The position numbers were made by a program, and so were the translations under genes. Below are positions 1-8,863 of a DNA stretch of 24,000 bases, piece by piece (the stretch's first letter is position 1; each line of letters begins with the position of its first letter). This stretch comes from Shewanella phage Thanatos-1, in sequence record MT457552.1. The stretch is one strand, 5' to 3'. The notes beneath the pieces are model-generated. The model was not told the DNA's origin and did no database searches. It was given only the letters and a program-made list of their open reading frames with translations.

Positions 1-1
1 G

Positions 2-148
2 GTGCCTTTACCAGTAGGCAATATTCGTAATGTTCCTACTTTACAAGTGGCAATGGGCCTTAAAAAGTCAGAAGATGAAGTGTTAAAATATGTCACATGT
101 CACTATTCTGCTATCCCGTGTGTATATAATGCAAATTTACAACAGTAA
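2..148 (+). CDS. C-terminal fragment of an unidentified CDS running in from the left edge
   Basis: Frame starting at base 2 is open to TAA at 146-148 ([48 protein letters not shown]). It is truncated on the left, so it is not in the ORF track. Confidence 0.5.
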   Translation: MPLPVGNIRNVPTLQVAMGLKKSEDEVLKYVTCHYSAIPCVYNANLQQ

Positions 149-215
149 TTGCTGTTGATTTAATCGATGTATAATTATTTTGAAATTTGAATATTAAATT
201 ATTAAGGAAATAAAA

Positions 216-557
216 ATGGCTAAACAATCTAATGTACAAGTTAAAGCAGCTCCGGTCAAAATCCAAGGTTCTCGTGTAGGATTTAAACGTAAAAGCAATG
301 CTCGTATTGACCAAAAACTAGCTCAGCTTATTCGTCGTGCAGGTTTTAAAGTTGTAGAAGGTATTCAAGTAGCAAAGCACAACTTCAAAACTAAAGAAGA
401 ACGTGAAGCAATTGCCGCTGCAGCTGTAGCAGCCCAAAAAGCTGAAACTGCTCGTGAAGAAGCTAAATCTCGTAGTGAAGGTAAAGCTGCCAAATCAACA
501 AAAACTCCTTCTAAGCCACGTGCTCCTCGTAAGCCTAAAGTAGCCAAAGCAGTATAA
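216..557 (+). CDS. Small basic protein with Ala/Lys/Pro-rich low-complexity C-terminus, possible nucleic-acid-binding protein
   Basis: 113-aa ORF preceded by AAGGAAA and followed by a terminator-like hairpin. Tail reads ...EGKAAKSTKTPSKPRAPRKPKVAKAV. Confidence 0.75.
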   Translation: MAKQSNVQVKAAPVKIQGSRVGFKRKSNARIDQKLAQLIRRAGFKVVEGIQVAKHNFKTKEEREAIAAAAVAAQKAETAREEAKSRSEGKAAKSTKTPSKPRAPRKPKVAKAV

Positions 558-577
558 GTGATATAAGCATAATTAAT

Positions 578-606
578 AAAAGGCCTAAATCTAGGCCTTT
601 TATTTT
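578..606 (+). terminator. Rho-independent terminator
   Basis: Hairpin AAAGGCCT-aaatct-AGGCCTTT followed by a T-rich tract, directly after the 216-557 CDS. Confidence 0.75.
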
Positions 607-620
607 TAATAAGGGATATT

Positions 621-1220
621 ATGAAACCTCTGATTTTAACTGATATTGATGGAGTGATTATTCAATGGCAATCTGCTTTATCATATTTTGCATTAAAACA
701 TAACTTGCCTATAGATAGGATTATACAAGTATTAACCTCTGAAGAATTTGTATCTCCTAGTGATTTGTTTAATTGTTCTGATGAAGAAGGTAAAAAATTA
801 ATTGAGCTTTATAATTCATCAGATTTTATCCGTTATCTCGCAGCATATAGAGATGCTCTTATTGTCATCAATCGTATGAAACATACTTATGACTTTATTG
901 GTGTTACTGCATTAGGAACTTCAATTCAGACCAAACTTAATCGTAGATTTAATTTAAATGCCCTTTTTCCTGGCGCATTTATTGATATTAAGCTTTGTGA
1001 GTATAATGACAGCAAATCTGATTTACTTAAAGCTACTCGTGAAGAATATTCCGACAGAAATATTGTTGCATATATTGATGATTTGCCTAATCATGTAGAT
1101 TCTGCTGCAGAAGTATTAGAGTGTAAAATATTCTTCATGCTTCGTGGTCCTAGAAGTCGTCCTAAAAACCGTCATTTCACTGTCGAATCTTGGTTTGATA
1201 TTGAATCATTGCTTAAATGA
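621..1220 (+). CDS. HAD-like phosphatase/nucleotidase family protein
   Basis: N-terminal ILTDIDGVI (DxDGV motif I) and a later IVAYIDD acidic motif. RBS-like AAGGG upstream. Confidence 0.6.
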   Translation: MKPLILTDIDGVIIQWQSALSYFALKHNLPIDRIIQVLTSEEFVSPSDLFNCSDEEGKKLIELYNSSDFIRYLAAYRDALIVINRMKHTYDFIGVTALGTSIQTKLNRRFNLNALFPGAFIDIKLCEYNDSKSDLLKATREEYSDRNIVAYIDDLPNHVDSAAEVLECKIFFMLRGPRSRPKNRHFTVESWFDIESLLK

Positions 1221-1227
1221 GAATTTT

Positions 1228-2628
1228 ATGATTTTACAAATTTTAAATGCATTAAAACAAAATAGTTCTACAACGGTTAAGAAATCTATTTTAAAAGAAT
1301 ATAAAGATAATGAAACACTCAAACGTGTTTTCTATATGACTTATTGTAGACAAGTAGATTTTGGTATTAGAAAAATTCCAGAATACACAGAGCAAGAAAA
1401 AGTAAATTCTTTATCTTCTGCATTAGACTTACTAAAGCCCCTACAAGAACGTAAGATAACAGGCCATGCAGCCATTAATTATCTTAGTAACTTATTAGGA
1501 AGTGTGAGCCCTGATGACGCTATTGTCTTAGAACGTATTATTAGTAGGGATTTAGATTGTGGTACTTCACGAGCCATTGCAAATAGTATCTGGAAAGGAT
1601 TAATCCCTGAACAGCCGCAACAATTAGCTACTGCATATTCTGATAAAGCACTGGAGAATATTGTTTATCCTGCTTTCGGTGAATTGAAAGCTGATGGTGC
1701 TCGCGGTTTCGCTGAGTTGAGATTTTATAATAGCGATGATGAAGACTCGCATGAGATCAAAATTTTATCCCGTTCCGGTAATCAATACTTAGGCCTAAAA
1801 CAAATCGAAGATGAGTTATATGCTCGATTAGCATATCTACGTTCAGAATATCCTAATGGTTTGATGGTTGATGGTGAACTAGAATATGAAGAATTAGTAG
1901 AATCTGGTCTTGATTTCCTATCAGGTGAAGCCGAAGTAAAAGAAGGTGCAAACCGTACATTATCTAACGGTATTGCAAATAAATCTTTATCTGGTACTAT
2001 TTCTATTGCTGAAGCAAAGCAAATGAAATTTAAGGTGTGGGACATTGTTCCATTAAATGAAGTGTATTCAGATAATTTCCCGGATTCAGAAAAGGCAACA
2101 TATTTTGATCGAAGCCAATTCTTACGTGCAGTATTCTCAGATTCAAAGTATATTATTCCTATTGAACAGACTGTTGTGTATTTGTTAGAAGAAGCTAAAT
2201 CCTTATTTAGGCATTACACTGATCGTGGGTACGAAGGGATTATCCTTAAAAATACCCAGGCTTTCTGGGAAAATCGTCGCTCTAAAAACCTTGTAAAATT
2301 CAAGGAAGTATTTACTATTGATCTTAAATGTATAGGAAAATATCCACACTCTAAAGACCCTACTAAACTAGGTGGAATCCATACTATTTCAGAATGTGGA
2401 CAAATTGAAGTTGATGTAGGTTCAGGATTCAAAGAAGATGGTGGCGAATTAGACCGTACATTATTAATGTCCCAAGATATTGATGGGTGGATCTTTGAAT
2501 GCGAATGCAACGGTCTTGTTACAAAGAAAAACAAACTTAATGGCCCTAAGTCATTATTCTTAGGCGTAGTTAAACGAGTTCGCTTAGATAAAACTAAAGC
2601 GAATACACTAGAAGAAGTTTTTGGTTAA
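1228..2628 (+). CDS. 30: ATP-dependent DNA ligase, T4 gp30-like
   Basis: Adenylation motif ELKADGARGF (KxDG). Strong recalled similarity to T4 DNA ligase over the full length (SRSGNQYLGLKQIEDE, GIANKSLSGTIS, YTDRGYEGIILKN, YPHSKDPTKLGG, DKTKANTLEEVFG). The ATG at 1228 (MILQILNALKQ) is more likely than the track start at 1144, which overlaps the previous CDS. Confidence 0.95.
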   Translation: MILQILNALKQNSSTTVKKSILKEYKDNETLKRVFYMTYCRQVDFGIRKIPEYTEQEKVNSLSSALDLLKPLQERKITGHAAINYLSNLLGSVSPDDAIVLERIISRDLDCGTSRAIANSIWKGLIPEQPQQLATAYSDKALENIVYPAFGELKADGARGFAELRFYNSDDEDSHEIKILSRSGNQYLGLKQIEDELYARLAYLRSEYPNGLMVDGELEYEELVESGLDFLSGEAEVKEGANRTLSNGIANKSLSGTISIAEAKQMKFKVWDIVPLNEVYSDNFPDSEKATYFDRSQFLRAVFSDSKYIIPIEQTVVYLLEEAKSLFRHYTDRGYEGIILKNTQAFWENRRSKNLVKFKEVFTIDLKCIGKYPHSKDPTKLGGIHTISECGQIEVDVGSGFKEDGGELDRTLLMSQDIDGWIFECECNGLVTKKNKLNGPKSLFLGVVKRVRLDKTKANTLEEVFG

Positions 2629-2637
2629 GGAAATATT

Positions 2638-4791
2638 ATGATTAGTTCTATTGAATTTAAAGCTACTGTAGCAAAAGCGGCTCCAACAAACCATATATTT
2701 GTTGTAGACGTATCAGGTTCTATGTATTCTGAATTGCCTAAAATCCGTACACATTTAAAAGAAAATTTACCCACACTAGTTAAAGAACTAGATACAGTGT
2801 CTATTATCTACTTTGCTGATCGTGGCCAATTTGGTCCTGTGTTTGTAGGTCAACCTGTTTGTAGTTTAAAAGATTTAACAGAAATCAACAATGCAATTGA
2901 TCGGTATCTAAAACCACAAGGTTGCACTGGGTTTGTAGAGCCATTAGAATTAGCTTTAACTACAGCTAAATGCTTAGAAAATGGCAATCTGAATAGTTTA
3001 ATCTTCATGACAGATGGCTATGATAACTGCTGGAAAGAAGAACAGATTTTGTCTGCTTGTTCTAATTTACCTACGGTATTCACTGATATTAGCTTCATTG
3101 AGTATGGTTGGAATTGTAACCGTTCTTTATTAGAAAAGATGTCTAATGCAGTTAATGGCTTCCATTCATTCACCGAATCATTTAAAGAATTTGAACAGTC
3201 CTTTGGTGAGATCATTCAGTCTCGTACTTCTAAACGAGTAGAAATTGATGTCCCGGGCGCAGAAGCAGTAGTCTATATTGACGATAAATCTGTTCGAGTT
3301 GTCAATGTGGTCAATGACAAAGCATTGGTGCCTGAACATGTAGAACAGTTATGGGCAGTTACACCTGATTTAGTAGATATGCTTTCTTATGAAAGTGATG
3401 AGCAAGAGCTATATGTTGCTTTATTCTATGCTGTATCTCGTATGAACCCAGAATTGGCTTGGAAGACTTTAAAAATCTTAGGTGACGTTAAACTAATTAA
3501 TGAATATAATAACTGTTTCACCAAACAAGATTATTCTAATATCAAAGAACAAATTTCAAAAGCAGTCCTTTGTGAAGGTGAGCGTTATCTTCTTGGTGTA
3601 GATTATGAATTAGTTCCAGATGAAAATGCACCTACAGTTTTAGATGTATTAGAAGTGCTTATTGAGAATAATGCTTCTTTAGACACAACTTCACCTGATT
3701 TTAGCTATAATCGTATTGGCCGTAAAACAAAGACTAAAGAAGATAGCAAAATTGATGATTTGACTAAACAAATTGCTGAGACTGATTCAAAAGAAGAACG
3801 CCGTAAATTAGCAATGGAATTGGCACTACATGAAGAATGGACACCAGAATTTAAATCAAATGATGGTCCTATTTCTTTACGCCGTATTGTAACTAATAGT
3901 TCTCGTCCTAACATTAGTGTAAATACAGCTTTAGAAGGTCGTGTAGAATTACCATTCTCTAAGCAGATTGATTTTAATTTGCCCGAAAGTTTACCTAGCA
4001 CAATGTTCCGTAACTATACTATTGTTAAAGACGGCATCATTAACATGAAAAAGTTACCTGTGATTGTCCCTGCAATAACACTAAATGACCTAGATGGTAT
4101 TGTAGACTATCAAGTAACAGACCATGTAGACGATAATGTGCATATTACTATTGAATTAACTTCAGTACCTTTAGTTAACAGAGCAATGATTAAAGATGTA
4201 AGTGGAACCAAGTTTGCTACGGCCCATGTACATTTACAATCACTCAAGGCTTTACAAAAGGTATTGAAGCATAAACGTGATGAAATTCTAGGTGTAACTA
4301 ATACTGCCAAGTTAAAAGAACTTTACGGTGAAGAAGCGGCATTATGGCTATCTGAAAATGGCATTCGCGATTATGGTTTTGCTCCTAAAACCGAGCGCGA
4401 AGAATCCACAGACGTCTATATGAGTAAAGAGCTTAATGTTAAAATTAAAGGTCTTTCTGCTCTCCCTTCAGTAAATGCAGTATTAGCTAAAGTTGAAGGT
4501 AACAAGAAACTAAATGTCGCTGACCAAATGGTTTATGATGCAATCCAAAAGATTGAAGCTGAGTTAACTTTTGAAGATAATCCAGAAGCATATATCAGTA
4601 AAGCTACTGCAGATGCTATTGAGAAGGTTCGTAAAATCGAAGGTACTCTATCTAAGATCATGTATGCTGTAGTAGTTGGTAAGTCATGGTTCAATGATGT
4701 GGATTTTGATTCTCCTACAATCACTGTTACAGTAGGTAAAACTGATTACCAAGTAACATTTGAGTTAGAAGAAAAAGAAATTAAGATCTAA
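2638..4791 (+). CDS. von Willebrand factor type A (vWA) domain protein, 717 aa
   Basis: N-terminal IFVVDVSGSMYSELPKIRTHL matches the MIDAS DxSxS motif, with a later FMTDGYDN. RBS AAGGAAATATTATG. Confidence 0.85.
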   Translation: MISSIEFKATVAKAAPTNHIFVVDVSGSMYSELPKIRTHLKENLPTLVKELDTVSIIYFADRGQFGPVFVGQPVCSLKDLTEINNAIDRYLKPQGCTGFVEPLELALTTAKCLENGNLNSLIFMTDGYDNCWKEEQILSACSNLPTVFTDISFIEYGWNCNRSLLEKMSNAVNGFHSFTESFKEFEQSFGEIIQSRTSKRVEIDVPGAEAVVYIDDKSVRVVNVVNDKALVPEHVEQLWAVTPDLVDMLSYESDEQELYVALFYAVSRMNPELAWKTLKILGDVKLINEYNNCFTKQDYSNIKEQISKAVLCEGERYLLGVDYELVPDENAPTVLDVLEVLIENNASLDTTSPDFSYNRIGRKTKTKEDSKIDDLTKQIAETDSKEERRKLAMELALHEEWTPEFKSNDGPISLRRIVTNSSRPNISVNTALEGRVELPFSKQIDFNLPESLPSTMFRNYTIVKDGIINMKKLPVIVPAITLNDLDGIVDYQVTDHVDDNVHITIELTSVPLVNRAMIKDVSGTKFATAHVHLQSLKALQKVLKHKRDEILGVTNTAKLKELYGEEAALWLSENGIRDYGFAPKTEREESTDVYMSKELNVKIKGLSALPSVNAVLAKVEGNKKLNVADQMVYDAIQKIEAELTFEDNPEAYISKATADAIEKVRKIEGTLSKIMYAVVVGKSWFNDVDFDSPTITVTVGKTDYQVTFELEEKEIKI

Positions 4792-4804
4792 TAAGTTAAA
4801 AATT

Positions 4805-4827
4805 AAGGAGGCTTCGGCCTCCTTTTT
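4805..4827 (+). terminator. Rho-independent terminator
   Basis: AAGGAGGC-TTCG-GCCTCCTTTTT, 14 bp after the vWA gene stop. Confidence 0.9.
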
Positions 4828-4835
4828 GCTAGGTA

Positions 4836-4864
4836 TTTACATTTAAGAAAGAATAATATACTAT
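4836..4864 (+). promoter_or_regulatory. Putative promoter (TTTACA, 17 nt, TACTAT)
   Basis: TTTACA 4836-4841 and TACTAT 4859-4864, immediately after a terminator and before the next gene cluster. Confidence 0.55.
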
Positions 4865-4897
4865 CTGTGTATTAAACCTAATAAAGGAAATAACCAA

Positions 4898-4954
4898 ATG
4901 AAGAAATTTGAATTACATATAGGATGGGACGGTCATGGGGAGTATAAACAATGA
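4898..4954 (+). CDS. Possible 18-aa micro-ORF (MKKFELHIGWDGHGEYKQ), translationally coupled to the downstream HD gene
   Basis: ATG at 4898 preceded by AAAGGAAA. Its stop overlaps the next start as ATGA (4951-4954). Confidence 0.35.
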   Translation: MKKFELHIGWDGHGEYKQ

Positions 4955-5421
4955 ACCCACTTTTAGCTAAAGCCCTTGGACATGTTGAAGAAATCCATAA
5001 AGATGATAAGTACGGCGAAAACCCGTATATGTACCACATAAACAATGTATATCGTAGAGTGGCACTAGGTGCGTTTCATGTGCCCGATGAGATTTTAATT
5101 AAAGTTTGTATTCTTGCATTATACCATGATGCTTATGAAGACCATTCCAATAAAGTAAATTTAGACTGGTTTGCTATGACTTATGGCGAAGACCTTAAAA
5201 ATTCCTTGCTGGCTATTTCTTTTAATAAAGGCCACGAAACTAGGGAAGAGTATTACCAAAGGGTAGAAAAAGACTACTATGCTTCTTTTGTGAAATACCA
5301 TGATGCTAAGGAAAATGCATTTAACTGCTATGTTGAAGGTAATACTGAACGGGAAAAGTATTATCAAGCTATAGTAGAAAGATTTGAAAATTGTGCATTA
5401 AATGTTTATGCTCCGACTTAA
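4951..5421 (+). CDS. HD-domain (RelA/SpoT-like metal-dependent phosphohydrolase fold) protein
   Basis: Sequence NPYMYHINNVYRRVAL ... KVCILALYHDAYED resembles the H...HD..ED pattern of HD-domain proteins. GGGAG RBS-like element upstream. Confidence 0.6.
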   Translation: MNPLLAKALGHVEEIHKDDKYGENPYMYHINNVYRRVALGAFHVPDEILIKVCILALYHDAYEDHSNKVNLDWFAMTYGEDLKNSLLAISFNKGHETREEYYQRVEKDYYASFVKYHDAKENAFNCYVEGNTEREKYYQAIVERFENCALNVYAPT

Positions 5422-5436
5422 TCCTTAGGAAATATT

Positions 5437-6258
5437 ATGATTAATTATAAAGATGGTCTAAATGGCTGTTACATGAATTATGTGGGCAATAAATGGCGTT
5501 ATATGGAAGAAATCCATAAACACCTGCCTAGCGGCAATTTAAAGGCCTTGGATTTATTCTGTGGTGGTGCTGTAGTATCTTCTCATTTTCCTAAAAATTG
5601 GAATATCACTATAAATGATTTGAATAATAGATTGGTCAATTTGCATATCGATACCCAAAATGATTCTTTCTTAGATCATTGCTTATGGCTTATGGATAGA
5701 TTTGACCTGAGTAAATCTAACAAAGGCGGTTATTTTGACTTAAGAGCTAATTATAATGACAGCCCCTCTAGTGAAATGCTCTACATGCTATTATGCCATT
5801 CATTTAGTAACCAGATTAGATTTAATCCTAAAGGTGAATTCAATTTGCCGTTTGGTAATAGAACATTCAATAAAAACCTAAAAGAAAAACTCAGACGATT
5901 CAAGAATAGAATCTCCGAAAGGGCCATTAAATTTACATCAAATAATTTCGACCACTTTGATTTTGACTCTTTCGACTTTGTATTTGTGGACCCTCCGTAT
6001 CTTGAGACAGCAAATTTCTACGGAGCAGACGATTGGAGCCTTACAGACGAGAAAATTTTACTTGATAAACTCAAGAACACTAAAGCTAAATGGATGCTGA
6101 CCAATCAGACAATTAGTAAAGGAAAGGAAAATAAATTGCTTGTTGATTTTATCAATCAAGGTAATTTCAATGTACATGAACTAAGAGACACTACAAAAAC
6201 ATGCAACTATCAACGTAAAGGCGGTGAAACAGTAGAAGTGTTGATAACTAACTATTAG
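5437..6258 (+). CDS. dam: DNA N6-adenine methyltransferase, D12 class, T4 Dam-like
   Basis: NYVGNKWRYMEEIHKHLP, LDLFCGG (SAM-binding motif), FVFVDPPYLETANFY (DPPY catalytic motif), HSFSNQIRFNPKGEFNLPFGNRTFNKN resembles T4 Dam. Alternative start at 5473. Confidence 0.92.
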   Translation: MINYKDGLNGCYMNYVGNKWRYMEEIHKHLPSGNLKALDLFCGGAVVSSHFPKNWNITINDLNNRLVNLHIDTQNDSFLDHCLWLMDRFDLSKSNKGGYFDLRANYNDSPSSEMLYMLLCHSFSNQIRFNPKGEFNLPFGNRTFNKNLKEKLRRFKNRISERAIKFTSNNFDHFDFDSFDFVFVDPPYLETANFYGADDWSLTDEKILLDKLKNTKAKWMLTNQTISKGKENKLLVDFINQGNFNVHELRDTTKTCNYQRKGGETVEVLITNY

Positions 6259-6261
6259 CAG

Positions 6262-6290
6262 TTTACATACTATGGTATATGATATAAGAT
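6262..6290 (+). promoter_or_regulatory. Putative promoter (GTTTACA, 17 nt, TAAGAT)
   Basis: TTTACA 6262-6267 and TAAGAT 6285-6290 in the intergenic gap before the 6320 ORF. Confidence 0.5.
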
Positions 6291-6319
6291 ATTCTCAGAA
6301 TTAACACTGGGAGTATAAA

Positions 6320-6823
6320 ATGTCATATCAAACCAAAAAGACTTTACTTGAACAAGTTAAAAACCTTCTAGCTTCTTATGACGCTAAGTTGTTAGAAGAT
6401 ACAATCAAATGGGCTGAAGGCCGTGTAAAGGCTATCCAAGAATACAAAATGTCGGATAAGGCTAAAGACCGTTCAATCCCGGTGTCCAGTCGGTATAATA
6501 CTCTATATGGTATAGCGGGTGGAAAATCTTGGTATAACATTTTCGATGGACGTAATTGGCCTATGATTGTAGAGCTTATAGAAAAGAACCATATTGCCAA
6601 AACAGATAAAAGGAATTATAAAATTGTTGAAAAGCTTTTTGATTCTGGTGTAACAGATATAGCTAATATGACGGTTCGTTGGCATGAAAACGGGTTTGAT
6701 GGCTTATATCTAATTGAATCTGCTGACGGTACACGATATGTTAGAATTAATACTGTGTATGCAGGCGGATATAATATCCAATGTGCTCATTTACGAGTTT
6801 TAGTTAAAGTAACAAAACACTAA
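6320..6823 (+). CDS. Hypothetical protein, 167 aa
   Basis: Intact ORF with GGGAGTATAAAATG start context and a terminator immediately downstream. Confidence 0.8.
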   Translation: MSYQTKKTLLEQVKNLLASYDAKLLEDTIKWAEGRVKAIQEYKMSDKAKDRSIPVSSRYNTLYGIAGGKSWYNIFDGRNWPMIVELIEKNHIAKTDKRNYKIVEKLFDSGVTDIANMTVRWHENGFDGLYLIESADGTRYVRINTVYAGGYNIQCAHLRVLVKVTKH

Positions 6824-6831
6824 TTATTAAC

Positions 6832-6856
6832 GGCCTAGGAAACTAGGCCATTTTTT
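6832..6856 (+). terminator. Rho-independent terminator
   Basis: GGCCTAG-GAAA-CTAGGCC followed by ATTTTTT. Confidence 0.9.
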
Positions 6857-6868
6857 GAAGAGAATATT

Positions 6869-8863
6869 ATGATTCCAGTAAACAATACTTCATCTGAAAG
6901 CAATTTAAGCTCTAAGGCTATTGAATACCGCGTAGCTGTAACATCTAAGACTTTTAAAGTCTTATCGGATACCATGTATAAGAATAAAATTCGGGCTATC
7001 ACCCGTGAGCTTTCTTGTAACTGTAACGATGCCCATGTTGATGCAGGTATAACTAGGCCATTCGAGATTACTTTACCTACTCGAATGAATCCTGTTATTG
7101 TCTTCCGTGACTTTGGATTTGGTATCAGTGAAGAAGATATTTACAATGTCTTTACAGTGTATTTTGAATCCACTAAGACCAAATCAAATACCCAGATCGG
7201 TGAATTAGGTTTAGGTGCAAAATCACCTTACTGTTACTATACCCGTTCGATGCAAGTTAAAGTATACCAGAATGGCATTTGCCGTACATATTCAGGTATT
7301 ATGACAGATGAACCTAAGTTCGAACTTTTGTCTAAAGAACCAAGTGATCTTCCTCGTGGTATGGAAATCAGTATTCCTGTTTTACCGGAAGATATCAATA
7401 CGTGGCATAATGAAGTAGCATATTGTTTACGCCCTTTTAAAGGTAGAGTTGAAGTGCCAGGTCTAGAGATTCACTGGTTTAATGAATCCGAGATCCAATC
7501 ACGTAAGGATATCCACGGCTCATCAATTTATGCTCTGTATAATAATATTGTATACCCATTAAAAGACACACCTGGCTTATCCTGGAATATCCTAAGTGAA
7601 CATTATCCGTCACCCGTGATTCGCTTTGATGTAGGTTTACTAGATTTCATGCCTTCTCGTGAAGAATTGAGCTTAGACCCAGTAACAGTTAAAAATATTG
7701 TAGATCGGGTAAATAGCATTGAAAAGAAATTAATTGATGGCCATGTTAAAGAACTTTATGCCATATATAATTTACGTGAACGTCGACGTAAATTTAATGA
7801 ATTAGAGCATTTCACCCAAGAAGCTATTTTAGCTATTATGGGCGATGATATTAGAGAAGAGTTTTCTTTATCAGACGAGCTGGTCCATAATTTATTCGGT
7901 CAAACCCATTGCTTAAGTCTTACTGGTAAAGCTCGTAGCATCATTCAACGTCCTTCTAGAAGAGCAAAAGTACGTGAAGTGCCAATTCAACAAATTTTAG
8001 GTCTTAATACTTCTAGAGTGGTAATTTTACTTAAAGATCTTGAATCAAAGAGCTCTTTATATAAAGCCCGCCGAGTTATGTTCGGTATTGAACCTTCATT
8101 TTTTGAATTACATGTGGCTCTTGCTGATAAAGTAAAAGAGTACATGATGGATGACGATGTCGTTATTTACAAAGTATCTGAAATGTGTGCTAAGACTCCT
8201 AGGGTTAAAGCAGAAAAACGGCCTGGTACTCCTAACATTTATCATTGTAAAGATGGAAACATTACCCCTCTAAAGCTCACTGCTAAAGAAGTAAAAGAGC
8301 TTAAAGGATATTGGATTCCTTTATTCGGAGAAAATGTGACGACTTTAGAAGGTGATGACGGCCCATCTAAACCTGGATTTATTGATACCACCAAGAAACT
8401 TTTAAATCTAGATGAGTTTTATTTTGTTCGTAAGCCGGCATTTAAATGGGTAGTTGGAATGACTTATCTGTATCCTTTATTATTAGATGCATATAAGAAA
8501 GAATGTTATAACCTTACACTTAGTAATATTTCTAATGTAAGATCACATGGAAGCAGATTAGCTATGAGTGACTCTGTTAAACCTGTAGCAGAGATCTTAG
8601 GATTTAAATTCTCTAAAATAAGTAATACCCCTATTCAGGGATTCTCGTCTAAAGGATGGATAGCGCTTAGAAATATTAATAATGGGGTTATAGATTCATT
8701 TAGACTTAAGATGGCTGAGTTTTATAATGAAATGCAGAAGCAGTATCCTTTAGAGTATTATTACATCATGAATTGCAATTACTCTCAAGATACAGCCACT
8801 TCAGAACTGTGCACAAATGCATTTGTTAAGTATGCAAAATATATGGTTAATAAGGATAAATAA
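6869..8863 (+). CDS. rIIA: rIIA-like protein (GHKL/HATPase-type fold)
   Basis: 664 aa. Motifs resembling T4 rIIA: YKNKIRAITRELSCNCNDAH, FRDFGFGISEEDIYNVF, GELGLGAKSPYCY, MPSREELSLDP. Directly followed by an rIIB-like gene. Confidence 0.88.
   Translation: MIPVNNTSSESNLSSKAIEYRVAVTSKTFKVLSDTMYKNKIRAITRELSCNCNDAHVDAGITRPFEITLPTRMNPVIVFRDFGFGISEEDIYNVFTVYFESTKTKSNTQIGELGLGAKSPYCYYTRSMQVKVYQNGICRTYSGIMTDEPKFELLSKEPSDLPRGMEISIPVLPEDINTWHNEVAYCLRPFKGRVEVPGLEIHWFNESEIQSRKDIHGSSIYALYNNIVYPLKDTPGLSWNILSEHYPSPVIRFDVGLLDFMPSREELSLDPVTVKNIVDRVNSIEKKLIDGHVKELYAIYNLRERRRKFNELEHFTQEAILAIMGDDIREEFSLSDELVHNLFGQTHCLSLTGKARSIIQRPSRRAKVREVPIQQILGLNTSRVVILLKDLESKSSLYKARRVMFGIEPSFFELHVALADKVKEYMMDDDVVIYKVSEMCAKTPRVKAEKRPGTPNIYHCKDGNITPLKLTAKEVKELKGYWIPLFGENVTTLEGDDGPSKPGFIDTTKKLLNLDEFYFVRKPAFKWVVGMTYLYPLLLDAYKKECYNLTLSNISNVRSHGSRLAMSDSVKPVAEILGFKFSKISNTPIQGFSSKGWIALRNINNGVIDSFRLKMAEFYNEMQKQYPLEYYYIMNCNYSQDTATSELCTNAFVKYAKYMVNKDK

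Noticed and set aside
111-314. 67-aa ORF at 111-314 overlapping the 216-557 gene
   Set aside because: Aromatic/basic low-information sequence straddling an intergenic region, no RBS, and it overlaps a better-supported CDS.
1782-2534. Minus-strand ORFs of 87 and 106 aa inside the ligase gene
   Set aside because: Fully antisense to a confidently identified T4-type ligase, with no recognisable motifs; likely reading-frame shadows. The same applies to the other minus-strand track ORFs in the window.
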